From assembly GCF_036321535.1 (NCBI RefSeq), contig NC_087437.1, positions 91,018,001 through 91,082,000 on the forward strand: a stretch of 64,000 nt of DNA. The letters run 5' to 3'. The notes below the pieces were generated by a model, which did no database searches, had not been told where the DNA came from, and saw only the letters and a program-made list of their open reading frames with translations. Position 1 is the first letter of the stretch. Each line of letters opens with the position of its first letter. Positions 38,278 to 49,647 of the stretch are shown in pieces. Origin of the DNA: Camelus dromedarius (taxonomy: Eukaryota). A program made the position numbers and the translations under genes.

Positions 38278-38939
38278 GAATCACATGGATTATCACTTGA
38301 ACAATTTTTATCGAAGGGCTGTCCACATAGACAATGCCTTTGGTAATTGTCAGATTGTGAAAAACATATATTAATACATTCAATCATTATAAAAGAAGCT
38401 TTGATTTTTCCTAATGCAGATAAATTCACTTTTGTCAAGCAAATTCTCCTGAATGAGATACACCATAGCATAAAAGAATGCATATTTAGTATACATGAAA
38501 ATGTAACAGAGAGAAAATATCATATATTCAAATGATAAAATTAAATTTTGCCATATGGTTATACATTTTTTATTATTTAAAGTTTTATGATGGATAATTT
38601 AAAAAGTTAATGCCATGGCTTATAGAATAAAAAGTTTCTTAAATTCAAAGAGATATAATCATAAGATTAATCAATTACTGACATGAGGCCATTTTTACAA
38701 CTTTGATATGCATATTTTACTTTTATTTTTTATGAAAATTTGTGCTTGTAGTTAAGAGTATCTTGTTAACTGATTTATTTATTTAGGTGCAAAGTTTGCA
38801 TGTGTACTGTCAGGCTTGGATTTTTTAATAAATGAAAAATTAAAATCTCATAAAAAACAAAACTTAGTTTATATATTATAGACCAGAATACCAGGCTCTT
38901 GAAGAAAAACTGAAGTGATATTGACTTTCTTCTCTTAGA

Positions 38940-39275
38940 GCCAATAGACATATTTTTTTAGAGAAGATTGTGGTAGGAGAGGGGATACTTGAGTTAGACA
39001 TTTTGGAGATGACATAGTTACAAAACCTCAGACTGTAAACCTGATGATTCTTGCCAGACATGAATTGGAGAAGTTTATTAGCAATGAAGAGGGCAAGAAG
39101 GATTGGCAATCAAGAAATCATGGTGTTGGATGCGACATTAACCTGGACTTTGGAACCACCCAGTTTAGGAAGGCAGGGATTGAAAAGAAAGAGTAACTAA
39201 CTACTGGCAAAAAAAAAAAAAAAAGGAGAAATGGTTGAAAGTTTAGAAAAGTAGATGACCAATAGATGATTCTAT
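38940..39275 (-). mobile_element. L2 LINE endonuclease-region fragment
   Basis: Minus strand LGGSKVQVNVASNT (~LGDFNIHVDDPSNT) at 39123-39164; aagtagatgacc (~VIY motif). Confidence 0.55.
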
Positions 39276-39541
39276 CAGATGTTTACTAATGAATAAATGA
39301 TTATAATTTGTATTTTGCTCTCTTGGTATAAAAATAAATGCCACTTAATGTATTTTATTACGTATTTTCAACAATGCTTGTACTATTTGCATAACAAAAC
39401 GTATTTTCTTGGATTATAAAAGATAAACTTTATTTGTCCCTTGTTTAAAGTAATATAAAACAAACTTTTGTAAGGTCTGAAATCAAGAAAATTCCTTAAA
39501 AACAAATTTAAGGCTTGAGTAAAGGCTATGATTTCAGACTT

Positions 39542-39579
39542 TCTTGGGTCTCTGTCAAAATTTTGACAGAGACCCAAGA
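39542..39579. repeat. Perfect 38-bp palindrome
   Basis: tcttgggtctctgtcaaaa|ttttgacagagacccaaga, 19-bp arms, no spacer. Confidence 0.97.
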
Positions 39580-39959
39580 GGAGATGGCCAAAACAGCTAT
39601 TTTAGAGAAATCTTCTAGCCCCAAACTATTGCAATATATGCTTGATACCATCTCTGAGAAACTGTGTACTGATTTCAACAAACTTGTGGATTTCAAAGGT
39701 GACATTAAAGAATTTTAGATAGATAGTTTTTAAAATAAATATAGATCATAAAAATATTTGGGGGTGTACATGATGATGATAAAGCAAATAATAATAATTT
39801 GAGACTCTCTCAATGAAGACATTGCCCAAATCCTTAAGGATTTCTTAGCAAATATAAACCCTTATAAGTACGTTCTTTTAAATTGAACAATTATGCAATA
39901 GAGGAGATTATAAATTGTCTTAAAATATAATTTGAACACAACATTTTTAATTTAAATTT

Positions 39960-40740
39960 TGTTTATTGAAATCAGCCTTGTGCCAGGGAGAATTTTATGC
40001 TCGTTTTGTTAGCAGAGTAGGTTCTTGTCTCATCACAGAAAGAACACAGAGGTTAAGAAAGTAAAGTGAGGATTTATTAAGTGATAGGACACTCTCAAGG
40101 GGAGAGTGGGCAGGCTCAGGTGAGCAGCTGCCCTGAGTTTCTCTGGAAAGCTGATTTGGAGAGTATAAAAATGAGTGGTCAGAATATTCATTGAAGATAG
40201 ATAGGTTTGGGGTCATATTCCTTGATTTCCATTCCTGCTCTACCTTCCCAAGGGAAGGAGGGATTTTTGTCCTTATTTTTAGTCTTGATTGGAAGTGTTA
40301 TGGCATCAGTGCATAATGGGTACTTCTAATCTGCAAGGCTAATTTTATTGTAATGAGGGCATAATGAGCAAAAGGTTACATTTGGATGCTAGAATTTACT
40401 GCCTTTTCCCACCTCTCCCTGTCTGCCTCCAGGACACTTGTCACCCCAATATGTGGGATTTCTTATCTGTCTGGAGGGCCCTGCTTTTCTCTGTCTGCCC
40501 AAGGACCTTCATTGTTCACAAGATGTATGGTTTCCTGCCATTTGACCCGTGCCCCTCTTTCTCTGCTTATATCTGGCTATCTGCCTGCTCTAACAGTTTC
40601 TTTCTATCTCATTTTCTCCATATAAAGACACTGTAAGTGTTAGTAGTTTCATTTTATAGATAACAAAAGTTTAAATGAGATGAAAGATTGAACATATTGC
40701 CTAAGGTTACCCACCTAGTAAATGATGGAGTCAGAAATCT
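39960..40740 (-). mobile_element. MIR SINE split by the LTR at 40007-40595
   Basis: tttattgaa..ccttgtgccagg [LTR] atctcatt...cattttatagat...ttgcctaaggttacccacctagtaaatgatggagtcag. Confidence 0.7.
40007..40595 (-). mobile_element. Class I solo LTR, same family as 37619-38277
   Basis: Ends ctatctgcctgctctaaca (reverse complement of the first copy's start); perfect TSD GTTT (40003-40006, 40596-40599). Confidence 0.9.
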
Positions 40741-41297
40741 TCCTTAATATTACAGCTTACTTTCTGCTTAGATCATGGTGACCCCAAATGAGGCTGATGA
40801 ATCTAGTGAAGTCATCTTTTATTTAGGATTTATAAGTTGCTTAACAAAAACCTTCCTGAAGCAAATGTTTCCAGGTATCTCAATAATTTTGTATTTCATA
40901 ATACAACATTCCATTATCATTTTAGCCTAGAGGTGAAAAATAATTTATGGAAGAAACCATGTGTGGACACTTTATGCAGGAAATTAAAAATGTTATCTTT
41001 GATAGTTTGCATTTTTATGATACTTTTATTGGTGAATGTTACTGGCAAAAAGTATACTATAGTGATCTCTCTTGTCATTGATTTTTACTCGTTGATAAGA
41101 AAGTAAATATTTCAAGAGTATTATAAGTTGTTGGGGCTTATATTTGTTTGTTTTTGTATAGTATCTTCTAAAATAGAATATGTCAAAGTATATTTTGGCT
41201 TTTCTCTAAAAAAGAAGCTTTCTTATCTTTAAGCCAGTAAGCCAGTAAGCCAGTTTTTGTGTAGAATTCCTTTATGAAGCTTTGGGACCATATAGGA

Positions 41298-41608
41298 TTT
41301 TTTTGTAATTGAAGTATAGTCAGTATACAATGTTGTGGCAGTTTCTGGTGTACAGCATAATGCTTCAGTCATATATGACATAGACATATTAATTTTCATC
41401 TTCTTTTTCACCATAGGTAACTACAAGATATTGAATATAGTTCCTTGTGCTGTATGTACAGTATGAACTTGTTGTTTATCTATTTTATGCATAGTAGTCA
41501 GAATCTGAAAATCTCAAACTCTCAATTTATCCCTTCCCCCGGTAACCATAAGTTTGTTTTCTATGCTCATAAATCTGTTTCTGTCTTGTAAATACGTTTG
41601 TCTTTTTT
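41298..41608 (-). mobile_element. Camelid/artiodactyl-type L1 3' end
   Basis: aattgaagtatagtcagtatacaatgttgtg..tttctggtgtacagcata...ctacaagatattgaatatagttcc...ggtaaccataagtttgttttctatg. Confidence 0.85.
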
Positions 41609-41744
41609 AAAAATTTACTATTATAATACAGTTAATATATCTTTGTTAAAAACTAATTAGATACTATTATTCAAATACTTAGGTTTTCTCATAAACATTA
41701 TTTATATCAATGTAAAAAACTGGCACTGATATTAAATTGTCATG

Positions 41745-42050
41745 TTTAGTGTGTTTATTTATCTAAAATTACCAAGTTATGTGACAGGAACTATGATAAC
41801 TGCTCTGAATATAAATGTAAATAATTTATGTGTCTATCCTCTGTTAAGAGCTCACAATTTAGTAATTGGCAGAAATATACAACACCATATAATAGAGGTT
41901 TGAATCAAGTGTTCTGGTAACACTAAGGATAGAAAAACTAAATCCCTGGAGTTGTAAGGCAAGCCACAGAGAGAGTGATGTAAACCTGGGCTTGAAAAAA
42001 GAGGCAGTATTGCCTTGGCATTCCAGGCAATGATGGCATAGTTACAGATA
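41745..42050 (-). mobile_element. L2 3' end fragment
   Basis: tatgtgacaggaact...aagagctcacaatttagt...aatagagg...caagtgttctggtaacac...acagagagagtgatg..acctgggcttgaa. Confidence 0.6.
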
Positions 42051-42292
42051 ATGTGATTTGAAGGACTAAGATGATTTTGGTGACTCTAATATTGAGTGGT
42101 ATAGTTAGATTTTAGATACATATTAGATCCTATAATTTCTTGTTAACATGAATAACTAAATGAAAAAGAAGAGGAAGAGAAGGAAAAGAGAGGATGGAAG
42201 AAATGGTGGGATGATTTTTAAAAACTGTGTGAACATATTCTAAACTTTATTTATTCAAATACAAATATTCTTCCTTTTATTTGATTAAGTAA

Positions 42293-42353
42293 AGTTATAC
42301 TTTAACTACAGTTATACTTTAGTTATAGTTATACTTTTAGTTATACTTTAACT
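42293..42353. repeat. Imperfect tandem repeat (agttatacttt core)
   Basis: agttatactttaactacagttatactttagttatagttatacttttagttatactttaact. Confidence 0.8.
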
Positions 42354-43409
42354 AGAAAAATATGTTCAGTTGTTTTTCAGAGGTAAACATATAAATTTAA
42401 CTGTAAATTTTATTATCCTTAAGATTTCAAGAGGTTTGCATATAAATGGAATTAAAAACAATGTGAAATAGCCTTTCTTGACCTTTATTTTAAAATATTT
42501 CTGGAAGTTTTGTACTAATATAAGTGTTTATTATTATTGCACCAAATAAACACCTTTTATGGATATCTAAAAAGTGTTCAGATAGGTGGTGATTTCACTA
42601 ATACATATTTTTTGTATTTTTTTCTTATAAGTGCTTTTAATCTATGGATACAGACTAAAGGCATTTTTATTCTTAAATGATTCTTTGTCATAGATAATAT
42701 GAGAAATATATAAAGTAGAATGTTGGAATATGAAGTTCACAGATCATTACAAGTCTATATATTCAAAGAAATTTTATGCATGATTAGAATGATTAAAATG
42801 TATGTGGAGACTCTAATTGCACAAAAAGATGTAATTTAAAAATTGTTTAAATACAAACAAGATAAGTATGAAAAGCAATTTGGAATATTATAATGACTTT
42901 TAGCTAATGTGCAAGTTTTAGAGAAAGTAATGATCCACATTAAATTCCAGTCAATTATAAATATCGCAAATGACAGTTAAAACTTACAAGTTTTATTGTG
43001 TGATTATATTATGTACTCTTTAACTAAAAACACAAAATGTGACTTTTAAGACCTATATGTTATAGAGTAACCTCATACTTCAAAGTACGTGAAATATCCT
43101 ATAAAAGATAACAAATATTAAGAACATATAAAAATTAACTTCCCTTTATACAGTATGCATTTTAGTACAGAGTAATTGATTTTAAACAATTACAACTATA
43201 AAGATCAGCAAAATTCTTTGAGCTGTTTAACTGCTATTATCTGTTAATATTGTCAGAAATGTTTGTATATTTTATATATAGAAGAAAAATTGCATACACA
43301 CATAGTATTTAATATTAAGTGTGAAAATATTTTTCAATTTCAGTTTATATTTTCTTTTCAAATTTTCGTCTAATAGTTAATTTTCAAATGTTTATTAATT
43401 AATTTTAAA

Positions 43410-43950
43410 ATATTTATTTCTCTGACATACACATAGTCTTACTATGGGCTCAACATTGTTCTCAGAGCTTTGTAAATATGATTCATTTAATTCTCATGTC
43501 TTAGTTCTTTTGAGCTGCTCTAACAAAATGCTATAGACTGGGTGGTGTATAAAGAACAGAAATGTATTTCTTACAGTTCTGGAGCCTGGGAATTCCAAGG
43601 TAAAGACCCTGGCAGATCTTGGTGAAAGTTTGTTTCGTAGATGGCCTTCTTCTACCTCTGTCCTCAGATTGCAGATGGGACAGGGAGCTCTCTGGGGGTC
43701 TCTTTTATAAGGGCATTAATCCCACTTTGAAGGGCTCTACTTTCATGATTTAATCACCTCCATAAGGCTCCACCTCCAATACTATCATATTGGAAATTAG
43801 ATTTCAACATATGACTTTTCGGGGCACATACAGTCTCATAAAGACACTATGAGGTGCAGGCAGGACAAATAGCTAGCTCATGCTAGTATGTAACAGAGTC
43901 AGAATTTGAAACCAGATAGTCTGAATCCAGACCAAGGACTATCTTCAGCT
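43410..43950 (-). mobile_element. MIR SINE split by an MLT1A-like LTR
   Basis: cttactatgggc..attgttct...ttcatttaattctca [LTR] cactatgagg...cagagtcagaatttgaaaccagatagtctgaatccaga. Confidence 0.65.
43497..43833 (-). mobile_element. MLT1A0-like MaLR solo LTR
   Basis: tgtcttagttc..gctgctctaacaaaatg.catagactgggtgg...tcttttataagggcattaatccc...aatcacctcc; TSD tctca (43492-43496, 43834-43838). Confidence 0.85.
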
Positions 43951-45976
43951 CAGCTTGTATATGTATTTTTAAATATACATGAAATCATTAAGTATTTACA
44001 TGTAATAATAAATTAATGATACACATCATCACTTACAGGTAAATATTTGCAATTTAGATTTCTTCCTCATCCTCCTCTCTTTCCGTCCTTTTCACCCTGT
44101 TGTGGCCTCCAACATTAACAAAAACAGTTTTCATTTTATAGACAGAAAAAACAAACAAACAAAAAGTTCATGTTTAAATGCAGTAGACTCAATGTAGCTG
44201 CTCTGAAAATATGTGATTTCTTTATTAGAGCAAATCAATAGGAAACATGGATGGGAGAGCAGCGTATCAACACGCAGTGCATAATAGAGTATTAATATAG
44301 TACAGGATGCCAAATAAGCTTTTATTAATTATTATTTTTAGTTATAGAAACTAATATCTTAACCTCTACATAGGCTTTTCACAATATTTTCTATTATTTT
44401 AAAACTTCAATATGATTTAGAATTGTCCTAGAATCTTGTTTACAAAAACCTTTTCAAAGAAAATGTCTATGGAAAACTAGGAAACTTGCTTCTGATTTGC
44501 CATTTGCTCTGTTTCTCTGTACAGTACTGGGACATTGTTATTAACACCAAAGCTTTTTTCTCTTTGCTCACGTGTAATCTTATAATGTATCTTTAATTTT
44601 TATGTTGCTTCCCTTTCACTTTAAAGATTCAAATCTTTCTCTTGCTACCTTTCTTATTCTTCCCTGCCTGAGTCATGGAAGTAGATTTACCTTGCCCTAC
44701 AAATGTCAAAATATATATCATCTTATAGTTTCTTTTAGCAAGTTGGCTTTTGCAGAGGATTCTCCCATATTCTGCTCAGCAGGAATATGCCAGGCAGCTT
44801 GCGTTCTGGAAACCAGGGAGGATGAGGATAGGAGGTGCCACAGTCCTGAATGCAGGCTTTCATCCACAGCCCTAGTGTTTGTGATGCACACCCCTCTGGC
44901 ACTCACTTGAGCCCTGTGCCACCAGACTGGGTGCTTCTCTCTGATTGCTTGTCTAGTTGCATGGGCTGCAGGATTCTAATTACTTCTATGATTGTTCTAT
45001 GTAGCTCACTAATCTTACATAAAAAACTAAGCTAATATAAACAGATTAGTTTATATAATCTGTTTAATTATTTTTTAAATATAAAGAATACATGTTTTCT
45101 CTCATGGTGTCTTAACTCTGATACAGATTCCTTTTTCTCAGCTATCCTTCTTTTCTGTTTTATGATAACTGAAATCTTACAAAGGTGAATTTTCAGTCGA
45201 GTTTTCAGGTCTACTTTTCAGTTGTAGTTGTAGATACATTGCTTTGTTTTTGCTAACAATCGCTATTCCCAATGCTCCTTTTCTCCATCAGTCAGAGAAG
45301 CCCATCCTTGCAGCAACCTGTCTTTAACTCCTTCTCACGGAGAGAAAGCAGCAGTAAAGGCCAAGGCTCTGCTTTGATAAATCTCAGCAAATGGCTTAAG
45401 TGCTGGCAAATTTATTTTCAAACCTCCATAACTTCTTGTAAGAAAAAGTCAATGCGGGTAGTATTTGTCTTTTTATTTTGTTCAGTAAGAGAACAAGAGT
45501 TTTAAGCTCCTAATTTCAGAAAGTACATACGGGATAATCACCAGACCAGTCATAATTCAATCCCTTACCTTAAAATTGTGTCTGTCTGTAGTTCCTACTG
45601 ATGCATAGCACTAGAAGCCAAATTTGCATGTAAATTCTCCATTCCTATAGCCCAACTGGAAATAACTGGGCCAATGGTAGATATCTGAGGTAAGGATACC
45701 ATTCAGCTGGCTTGCTAGGTCACTGGAGTGCATAGTGTGAAAATGTTTATTCCAAATTTGGCTTAAGTCTCACTTTTTAGGAAACAATGAGAGAAACATG
45801 TAATAATTAAGTACTGAATAGACAGATTGAAAAACTAAATTAGATAATAGGCTGTGAGTAAAGTTTAAAGTGAGATAAATTATTTAGAAAAAGCTATGGA
45901 GTAGATGGAATAGAAGCAAAGGAAAAATATTTCAAAGAGGGAAGAAATGACTAGAAGCAGGGACCAAAAATGGTTG

Positions 45977-46521
45977 TGTTACCCCAAAAAGTAAAGACCT
46001 TGGTTCTTGTCATATCTGAAAGACAGATTTACAGTTGGGAGATGATGCGTTGTGTAGTGAAAGATTTTACAAGATTTATTTTACAAAGGAAAATTACACC
46101 TCCAAGAACAGGAGGCAGGCTGATCAAAGGGAGGAAAAGCAGTGGTTTTTGTCTCCCCTTTCTTTTATACCCTCATGAGAGGTGGTCTTTTGATTGATTG
46201 ATAACTCTTGTCCCTGGAATCTGTCATTTTTGGCCCCTTTTGCACATGTCCTTACCCATGGTGTACACAGATAAAAACCCATGGAAAGGGGTGACTAAAT
46301 CACAAGGTCAATTATAATACAATGAGCATTGTGTCATGTCTAGTTAAGTCCTTTCTGCTACCACGCAATTGTGGCTGTCAGATTCTAACCAATTTTTTAC
46401 TGGCACTCGTTTAAAAGAAGTCAAGTCCCTTTATGCTGGAGGCAGGCATAACATCATCTTCTGGACCATCCTCCTTCTTCACCTATCTGCAAGGTACCCC
46501 CACTTATCTAACTACCTAACA
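45977..46521 (-). mobile_element. Class I solo LTR
   Basis: tgttacc...ggttcttgtc...tttatt...ttatctaactacctaaca; near TSD gttg/gtgg. Confidence 0.75.
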
Positions 46522-46801
46522 GTGGAATCTCATTAATGAAGAAATACTATTATAATAATCCCCAAACAGGTTGCTCCTGAGATTCCTCAAATGTGCAGTT
46601 TTCTGCTTTTGTGCCCCTGAGCGAGACCACAAGATGATTTCAGGTTCAGCTTGTTACTGTGGCTTACTTAATTGCTTGTGGACTAACCCAGCTCATACAT
46701 ATGCATTTGCCTAAACTGTCCTGAATGAGTGCCTGGCCCTTTGAATTCACTAGGAGTGCTATAACAAAACTCATGAATAGGGGCCAGCCAGAAAATACAT
46801 T

Positions 46802-46838
46802 CACACACGCACGCACACATACACACACACACACACAC
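46802..46838. repeat. (CA)n microsatellite abutting an LTR
   Basis: Direct reading. Confidence 0.9.
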
Positions 46839-47357
46839 AGTGGAGCTGGCTGACACTCTGGAGTCATAAAACGCCCACTCCTGGGCTCTCTGTGTGCCAG
46901 GAGCCATTGACACCTTAACTCCCACTACCCACTGCAGGACCACTCCACATACCTGCATTTCTGCAGGATAATATATATATAATATATATATATATATCTC
47001 TAGATGTGTGTTTACCCTAACAAAACTCATCGCCCCAGGAGATAGCCCTTCTCACAAAACCCTAGGTGGACAGGTCTCACATTCTGCCCTTATCAAAGTC
47101 ATAAATCCTATTGTTCAGAGAGGTCCCTGACAGATCTTACAACCAATCAGGTACCTGTGCATGAATTGATCATGTAGCCCCCTACTTCTTGTATGTACAG
47201 CCTCATCCCCACAATCAAAGATCCTGCAGTTCGCCTCAGCTGTGTGGCCCACTGTTGCCTATGGTAGCTTACCTATTAAACTTTCCTAAACTTTTCTTGG
47301 TCTCTGGTAATTCTTTTACAACCCACATCACTGGCCTGCCACATTATGCCCACAACA
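46839..47357 (+). mobile_element. Class III solo LTR, same family as 36189-36774, with an internal (TA)n run
   Basis: gtggagc...gagtcataaaac...cctattaaactttcct...ggtaattcttttac...ccacaaca is the reverse-complement homologue of the nested copy; near TSD cacac/tacac. Confidence 0.85.
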
Positions 47358-49647
47358 TACACCATACAACCTCCTGAGATGCATGTGTGTATAGGTATTC
47401 TTTTTCCTACTGCTGCATTTTGAAATGCTCTGCCTGATGAGCAATTTAAAGCAAAACATAAATTAATTTGATGACATAGGTCTATGAAATACTGATGAGT
47501 TTCATGAATACTATTTTTCTCTCTTTGGTTTATAAACACTTTAGGATTTTTAATGACAAGATCAATCAAAGTGATGGGGATGGTTTTATATATATATATT
47601 TTAAATCCTACAAATTCATTTCTTCCATAAGACAGAAAATATTACCTCAAATATCTTTAAGATGTTTCCTTTCTTGTTAAAGTACACTTATGCCTATAGT
47701 ACCAAAATTTAGAATTCAGAATGATACCATGTAAAAGGCACTTGGGTTCCCCATGAGGCAGGATAATCTGAACAGCAGCTTTGGGAAGACAGCCACTGCA
47801 TTTCTCTTTGACCCCTGAGTCAGGCACCGAATCCTGCCTGTGGCTATATTAAAGCACTTAGGGAGAATTGAATAAAAGAAGGCAATGCTGCATATTTCAG
47901 AATTTAGTTTGTTCTTATTAGACAAACTTCCTCTCCTCCCCAACCACCAGCTGGACTTACTCTCTAAAACTGTAAATACTCTGTGAGGATATCACTTTTA
48001 TTTACATGCTAAATTCCTATGAAATGTGTATGCATGCATATTAGCTATGCCTCAAATGATCTGCTATTTTGTAAGGTTGGAAAATCACCTGCTTAAAATG
48101 AGAGAAGTGTAGGAGGAATGGGATATGCATTCTTAAAGCAGATTGAGTTATACTGATATCATAACTTGACAGAACAAGCTTAATTACTAAAGAAAACTAT
48201 TTTCTCTTTGGAAAACTTTATAGGCTAATGCTTATCATCTAATTTCCTTGTTAAATAATTGCACAAGATCTATAAATAGGTATGTCTTCTCCCACTGTGC
48301 TAAAGATGCTTTATTTTTATGACACATTGAGATATTTTTCCTCATGTCAACTTTTATATGATTTTTGCCTTTCACCAGAACATTTTGTAAAAGTGTAAGT
48401 TAAACTAAAAAGGTAGACCTAAAGATAGAACTTGTAGCATAATTTCAAAATTCATTGGTTTCATGTCTATGGTCTTGCAAAAATGTGTCTTAAGAGTTGA
48501 CCTTGCTATCTAAATTACTTTATGGGGCAAGATAAAGTATAAAGTTTAAAAAATAAATAAAGTTTTAAGTTTCACTAGAAAAATTTTAAGCAATCTATTG
48601 CATGAAATTAACAAAATGCCTAATTTAAAATGATTTCAAGTGTAACAGTTTAAAAAATGTAAAACATTTCTAAGTTTCTGACTTCATTGGTGGAAATAAA
48701 ATTAAATGAAATACAAATGTTAATAATTATTTCTTTAGTTTAAAATATCTGCAATTAAGATAAAATATTTTTAAATTTCAAATTCTCTTGATTGACTATT
48801 TCACATGGATCAAATATATTAAGTGTTAGTTTCAGTAGCTTGCAATACATTCCTTACTTCATTCATGTAGTATAGTCCCTCTTGTTTAAATTTTAAAATG
48901 CCAGAGTGGCACTTGTATATTTCAATCACTGTTAACAATGTATGTTTAAAGCATCACCTAATTGAGGCTACCACTATCAGGGTCAGTTGACAAGACATAG
49001 GAAATAATTAGATTGGCAGTGAACTCCTCCATTTTAGTTGCTACAAATCAATATTTTAATTATAAATGAATGCCTCCATTCCACAGAATACATTTGTACC
49101 ACACAGGTAAAGCCATTGCACCAGAAAAATCAAAAAACTCAGCCTTACTAAGGTCATTAATTTTTTTAAGTGGCTTATTAAAATTTTTTTAATTTGTTTG
49201 CTATGCTTATGATAGTTATCAAATAAATACCATCATTCTTTACATCTTGTATTTATCTTGAAATATACAATGTCAAAAGAAATCCAGGGTACTTTGGAAT
49301 CAAAGATAATTCAAAATTTAATCCCAGCATTTTATAAACCAAAAAAGAAAATGGAAAGATAAGGATGGATTTTATTAACTTTCTTTTAAAGAGTAAATAA
49401 ATTATAATGCCTTTATCGTACTAGATCTACTTTCAAGTATATAGGAAATAATGTTCCCCAATCTTTAAGGTAAATATATATAAATTGCAGCTATGCTGTT
49501 TTCTGTACAAGAAATAAGTTTGAAAAAAATTATCATTAATGTGCCTAGAAATAATTTTTTGACAGTACTGCTAATTAGTGTTTTAGAATTACCTAAAGCT
49601 TAGTATGATAGAGAGTACAATATGTCATAAAGAGAGCCTTTATCTTT

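Larger units (their letters stand above)
34975..39870 (+). mobile_element. Fragmented ancient hAT-Charlie (Buster-type) transposase fossil
   Basis: Collinear motifs after removing nested inserts: KIDED*TIWGF, LFYKL, MESHGLSLEQ..VHIDNA (~FESHGLSW..CTDGA), IHSIIIKEAL (~HCIIHREAL), *W...KV (~RWLSRGKV), FWVSVK..EMAKTAI, LCTDFNKLVDFK (~LCETGFS.L..IK), NLRLS. Confidence 0.6.

Noticed and set aside
39760..39870. LNEDIAQILKDFLANINPY resembling a Helitron Rep N-terminal motif
   Set aside because: Upstream motifs fit the hAT-Charlie C-terminus better, and no other Helitron motifs or termini were seen.
37619..40595. Provirus bounded by two LTRs
   Set aside because: The LTRs are inverted, each has its own TSD, and the spacer has no PBS, gag or pol.
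44730..44970. GC-richer island with open frames (QQEYARQLAFWKPG...)
   Set aside because: No credible splice pair or homology recognised; could be an unrecognised repeat or enhancer, but unsupported.
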